From an uncultured Candidatus Entotheonella sp. (GTDB taxonomy: Bacteria; Tectomicrobia; Entotheonellia; Entotheonellales; Entotheonellaceae), in NCBI GenBank assembly GCA_965215335.1, contig CBDCDA010000001.1, positions 960,001 through 1,024,000 of the forward strand: a stretch of 64,000 nucleotides of DNA. The letters are read 5' to 3'. Numbering within the stretch: the stretch's first letter is position 1; every line of letters begins with the position of its first letter. Position numbers and translations under genes: made by a program. This document shows, piece by piece, positions 62,115-64,000 of this stretch. The notes below the pieces were generated by a model. That model searched no databases. It saw only the letters and a list, made by a program, of their open reading frames with translations, and had not been told where the DNA came from.

Positions 62115-63806
62115 TTAGGGCAGCCCTCCCGGCATGCGCGGCGCACTCAGCGCCGAGAAAAAGGTCATGCGCTCGATCATCTCGGCAGCCAGCAGAACGA
62201 TGAGGCTGGCCAGCGACCCGGCCAGCGCCGTCGCCGCACTGGCCGGCACCAGGTTCGTCAGCAGCGCCAGCGGTAACACCACCCCGCCCAGACCGCCAAG
62301 AAAGAAGCGCCATAGCGTCAACGCGCGCAACTCCCCCCACAATAGCAGGGCCGTGCGCTTCAAGTCACCCTGTTGATGGTCTCGCAGGTGGACCAGAACG
62401 GACGCCTCGCCGACCAGTTTGAGTAGCGTCAGCAGGGCCACCCCTTGCGCGCCGCGGCGTCCGAAGGCGCTGAGCTCGGCGCTGAGCGGCTCAGCGCCCA
62501 GGACCGCCACGCCAAAGGTGCCGGAGAGAACGGTGGCCCAGCCCAGCCCGGCGCCGGTGAGCGCGAACTTGAAGCCGGTGCGCCCGCCGCTCCACCACTT
62601 GCGCTGCGTGACGTGATACAGCATCACCGAGCACGCCACTGCCGCCATGCCGACCCCGGCGGTGGCGTAACCCAGCGCTTCCAGACCCGCCGCGTCTTGC
62701 GATGCATAGAGCGCCGCGGCGTACAGCGTCGCCAGCAGGGCAAAGGCGGCGAAGGCGATGATCTCGCGGCTCAGCCACGAGGTGCGCAGGCCGATAAAGG
62801 CGCGCCAGGCGTATTGCGGGCGCCCGAGATGCACGGTGCTGGCCAGCATGGCGAGCAGGCCGAGCCCCAGCACCAGCACGCCGTGGAAGGGCCGCAGCAC
62901 CGCCAGGCTCGCCTCGCCGAGCCACATCGGCAGCAATTGGTTGAAGCAAAAGGCGCCCACCGACAGCTGCGTCAGCACCAGCATGATGACCAGGGGCAGG
63001 TGCCGGTGGCCCGGCCGGACTGCGTAGAAATCCGCCGGCAGCATGTTGCGCGGGAATACGTCCGTCGTCTGGTAGCGCGTCGTCGGCACGGTAATCCCGG
63101 GCGACGGCACCCCGGGCAGGAAGGCGTCGCCCTGTGCGTCTTCGATGGCCGCAGCCTTGTCGATGACGCGAATGGCAATGGCCTCGTTGGGGCACGCCTG
63201 CGCGCAGGCCGGGGCTTCGCCGTCCGCCAGCCGTCCGGCGCACATGTCGCACTTGCGCACGATGCCGAGCCTGGCGCTGTACTGCGGCACTTCGTAGGGG
63301 CAGGTGAACACACAGTACTGGCAGCCGATGCATTGGTCGTCGAGATGGTGCACGATGCCGGTCAGCGGGTCCTTCTCGTAGGCTCCGACAGGGCAACCAT
63401 GCATGCAGGCCGGCTCCAGGCAATGATGGCAGGTAGTGGTCACCGTCTTCTGCATCGCCGCGGTCGGGCTGCCGCCGTGCAGCAGACCCACGGAGCGCCA
63501 CGTCTCGCCCGCCTCCAGGCCGTTCAGGCTGTGGCACGCCGTGACGCACGCCTTGCAGCCGGAACAGCGGTCGAGATCCACCTCGAAGCCGTACTGCTGC
63601 CCGGCGCCAGGCGACGACACCGGCATCAGGCTGCGGTAGTATGGCTCCTGCAGGGACGCGGTGTCGCGCTCGTGCAGCTGCGCGAAGCGTTCGACCGCGG
63701 ACAGGTCCTGCTGCGCGGCGAGGCAGGTGTCCAGCAACGCCAGGGAGCAGACAGGCGACGCGGGCTCGGGGAACGAGGTGCCGGTGGCTTCGGTTTGCGG
63801 GCTCAT
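62115..63806 (-). CDS. DmsB-like 4x[4Fe-4S] domain fused to DmsC-like membrane anchor
   Basis: CSGCKACVTAC, CHHC-x2-P-x-C-x3-CP, CIGCQYC-x3-CP, KCDMC...PAC-x3-CP; HLGRP...SWLSRE; many TM helices. Confidence 0.88.
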   Translation of the reverse strand: MSPQTEATGTSFPEPASPVCSLALLDTCLAAQQDLSAVERFAQLHERDTASLQEPYYRSLMPVSSPGAGQQYGFEVDLDRCSGCKACVTACHSLNGLEAGETWRSVGLLHGGSPTAAMQKTVTTTCHHCLEPACMHGCPVGAYEKDPLTGIVHHLDDQCIGCQYCVFTCPYEVPQYSARLGIVRKCDMCAGRLADGEAPACAQACPNEAIAIRVIDKAAAIEDAQGDAFLPGVPSPGITVPTTRYQTTDVFPRNMLPADFYAVRPGHRHLPLVIMLVLTQLSVGAFCFNQLLPMWLGEASLAVLRPFHGVLVLGLGLLAMLASTVHLGRPQYAWRAFIGLRTSWLSREIIAFAAFALLATLYAAALYASQDAAGLEALGYATAGVGMAAVACSVMLYHVTQRKWWSGGRTGFKFALTGAGLGWATVLSGTFGVAVLGAEPLSAELSAFGRRGAQGVALLTLLKLVGEASVLVHLRDHQQGDLKRTALLLWGELRALTLWRFFLGGLGGVVLPLALLTNLVPASAATALAGSLASLIVLLAAEMIERMTFFSALSAPRMPGGLP

Positions 63807-64000
63807 GGCGCTTGTCCTCGGCCCGGCACCGGCAGCAGCTGCTCGTCGGCCCCGCCCGCGGTCGCCATCTGGCAGCCAATCTCGGTGGCCAGAGACCGCT
63901 CCAGCACCTCGGTCGGCGGCAGGTGCAGATACACCTCGCCGTTTTCGAGCTTCGCCGGGAACACCTGCAGCCCGTAACGCTCGCCGCTCAGCGAGGCGCC
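63803..64000 (-). CDS. C-terminus of a NirD-like Rieske domain (partial, continues beyond window)
   Basis: GASLSGERYGLQVFPAKLENGEVYLHLPP...; stop overlaps the ATG of the DmsBC-like gene; nitrate reductase context. Confidence 0.6.
   Translation of the reverse strand, partial: GASLSGERYGLQVFPAKLENGEVYLHLPPTEVLERSLATEIGCQMATAGGADEQLLPVPGRGQAP

Overview
High-GC bacterial chromosomal window of about 57 genes and 4 tRNAs, with no CRISPR array, rRNA, integrase or transposase that I can see. The housekeeping backbone is ilvE, a pseudo-receiver/Fis gene, N-terminal-only glmU, pcrA, gatCAB, polA, clpB, dusA, ispH, fabH and metY. It is interspersed with many single catabolic or redox genes and several accessory cassettes. 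These are: (i) an N4-cytosine-type methyltransferase beside a shattered restriction-endonuclease remnant (1-1581); (ii) an orphan His-rich AztD-like lipoprotein bracketed by an exact 18-bp direct repeat, with a Fur/Zur-like box (25712-27701); (iii) a lower-GC Zn-ribbon adenine MTase plus PD-(D/E)XK nuclease pair (40701-43652); (iv) an overlapping DprA-like / PRTase-like / secreted HNH-Excalibur nuclease three-gene cassette (55241-57562), my best candidate for an undescribed system; and (v) a NirD-like / DmsB-DmsC fusion / NasA-like nitrate-nitrite cluster running off the right edge. Three gene remnants show erosion by truncation, frameshift or internal deletion, and one gene is frameshifted in a G8 run. 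All product calls come from recognised motifs, not database searches. Starts were trimmed by hand where the ORF track over-extends.
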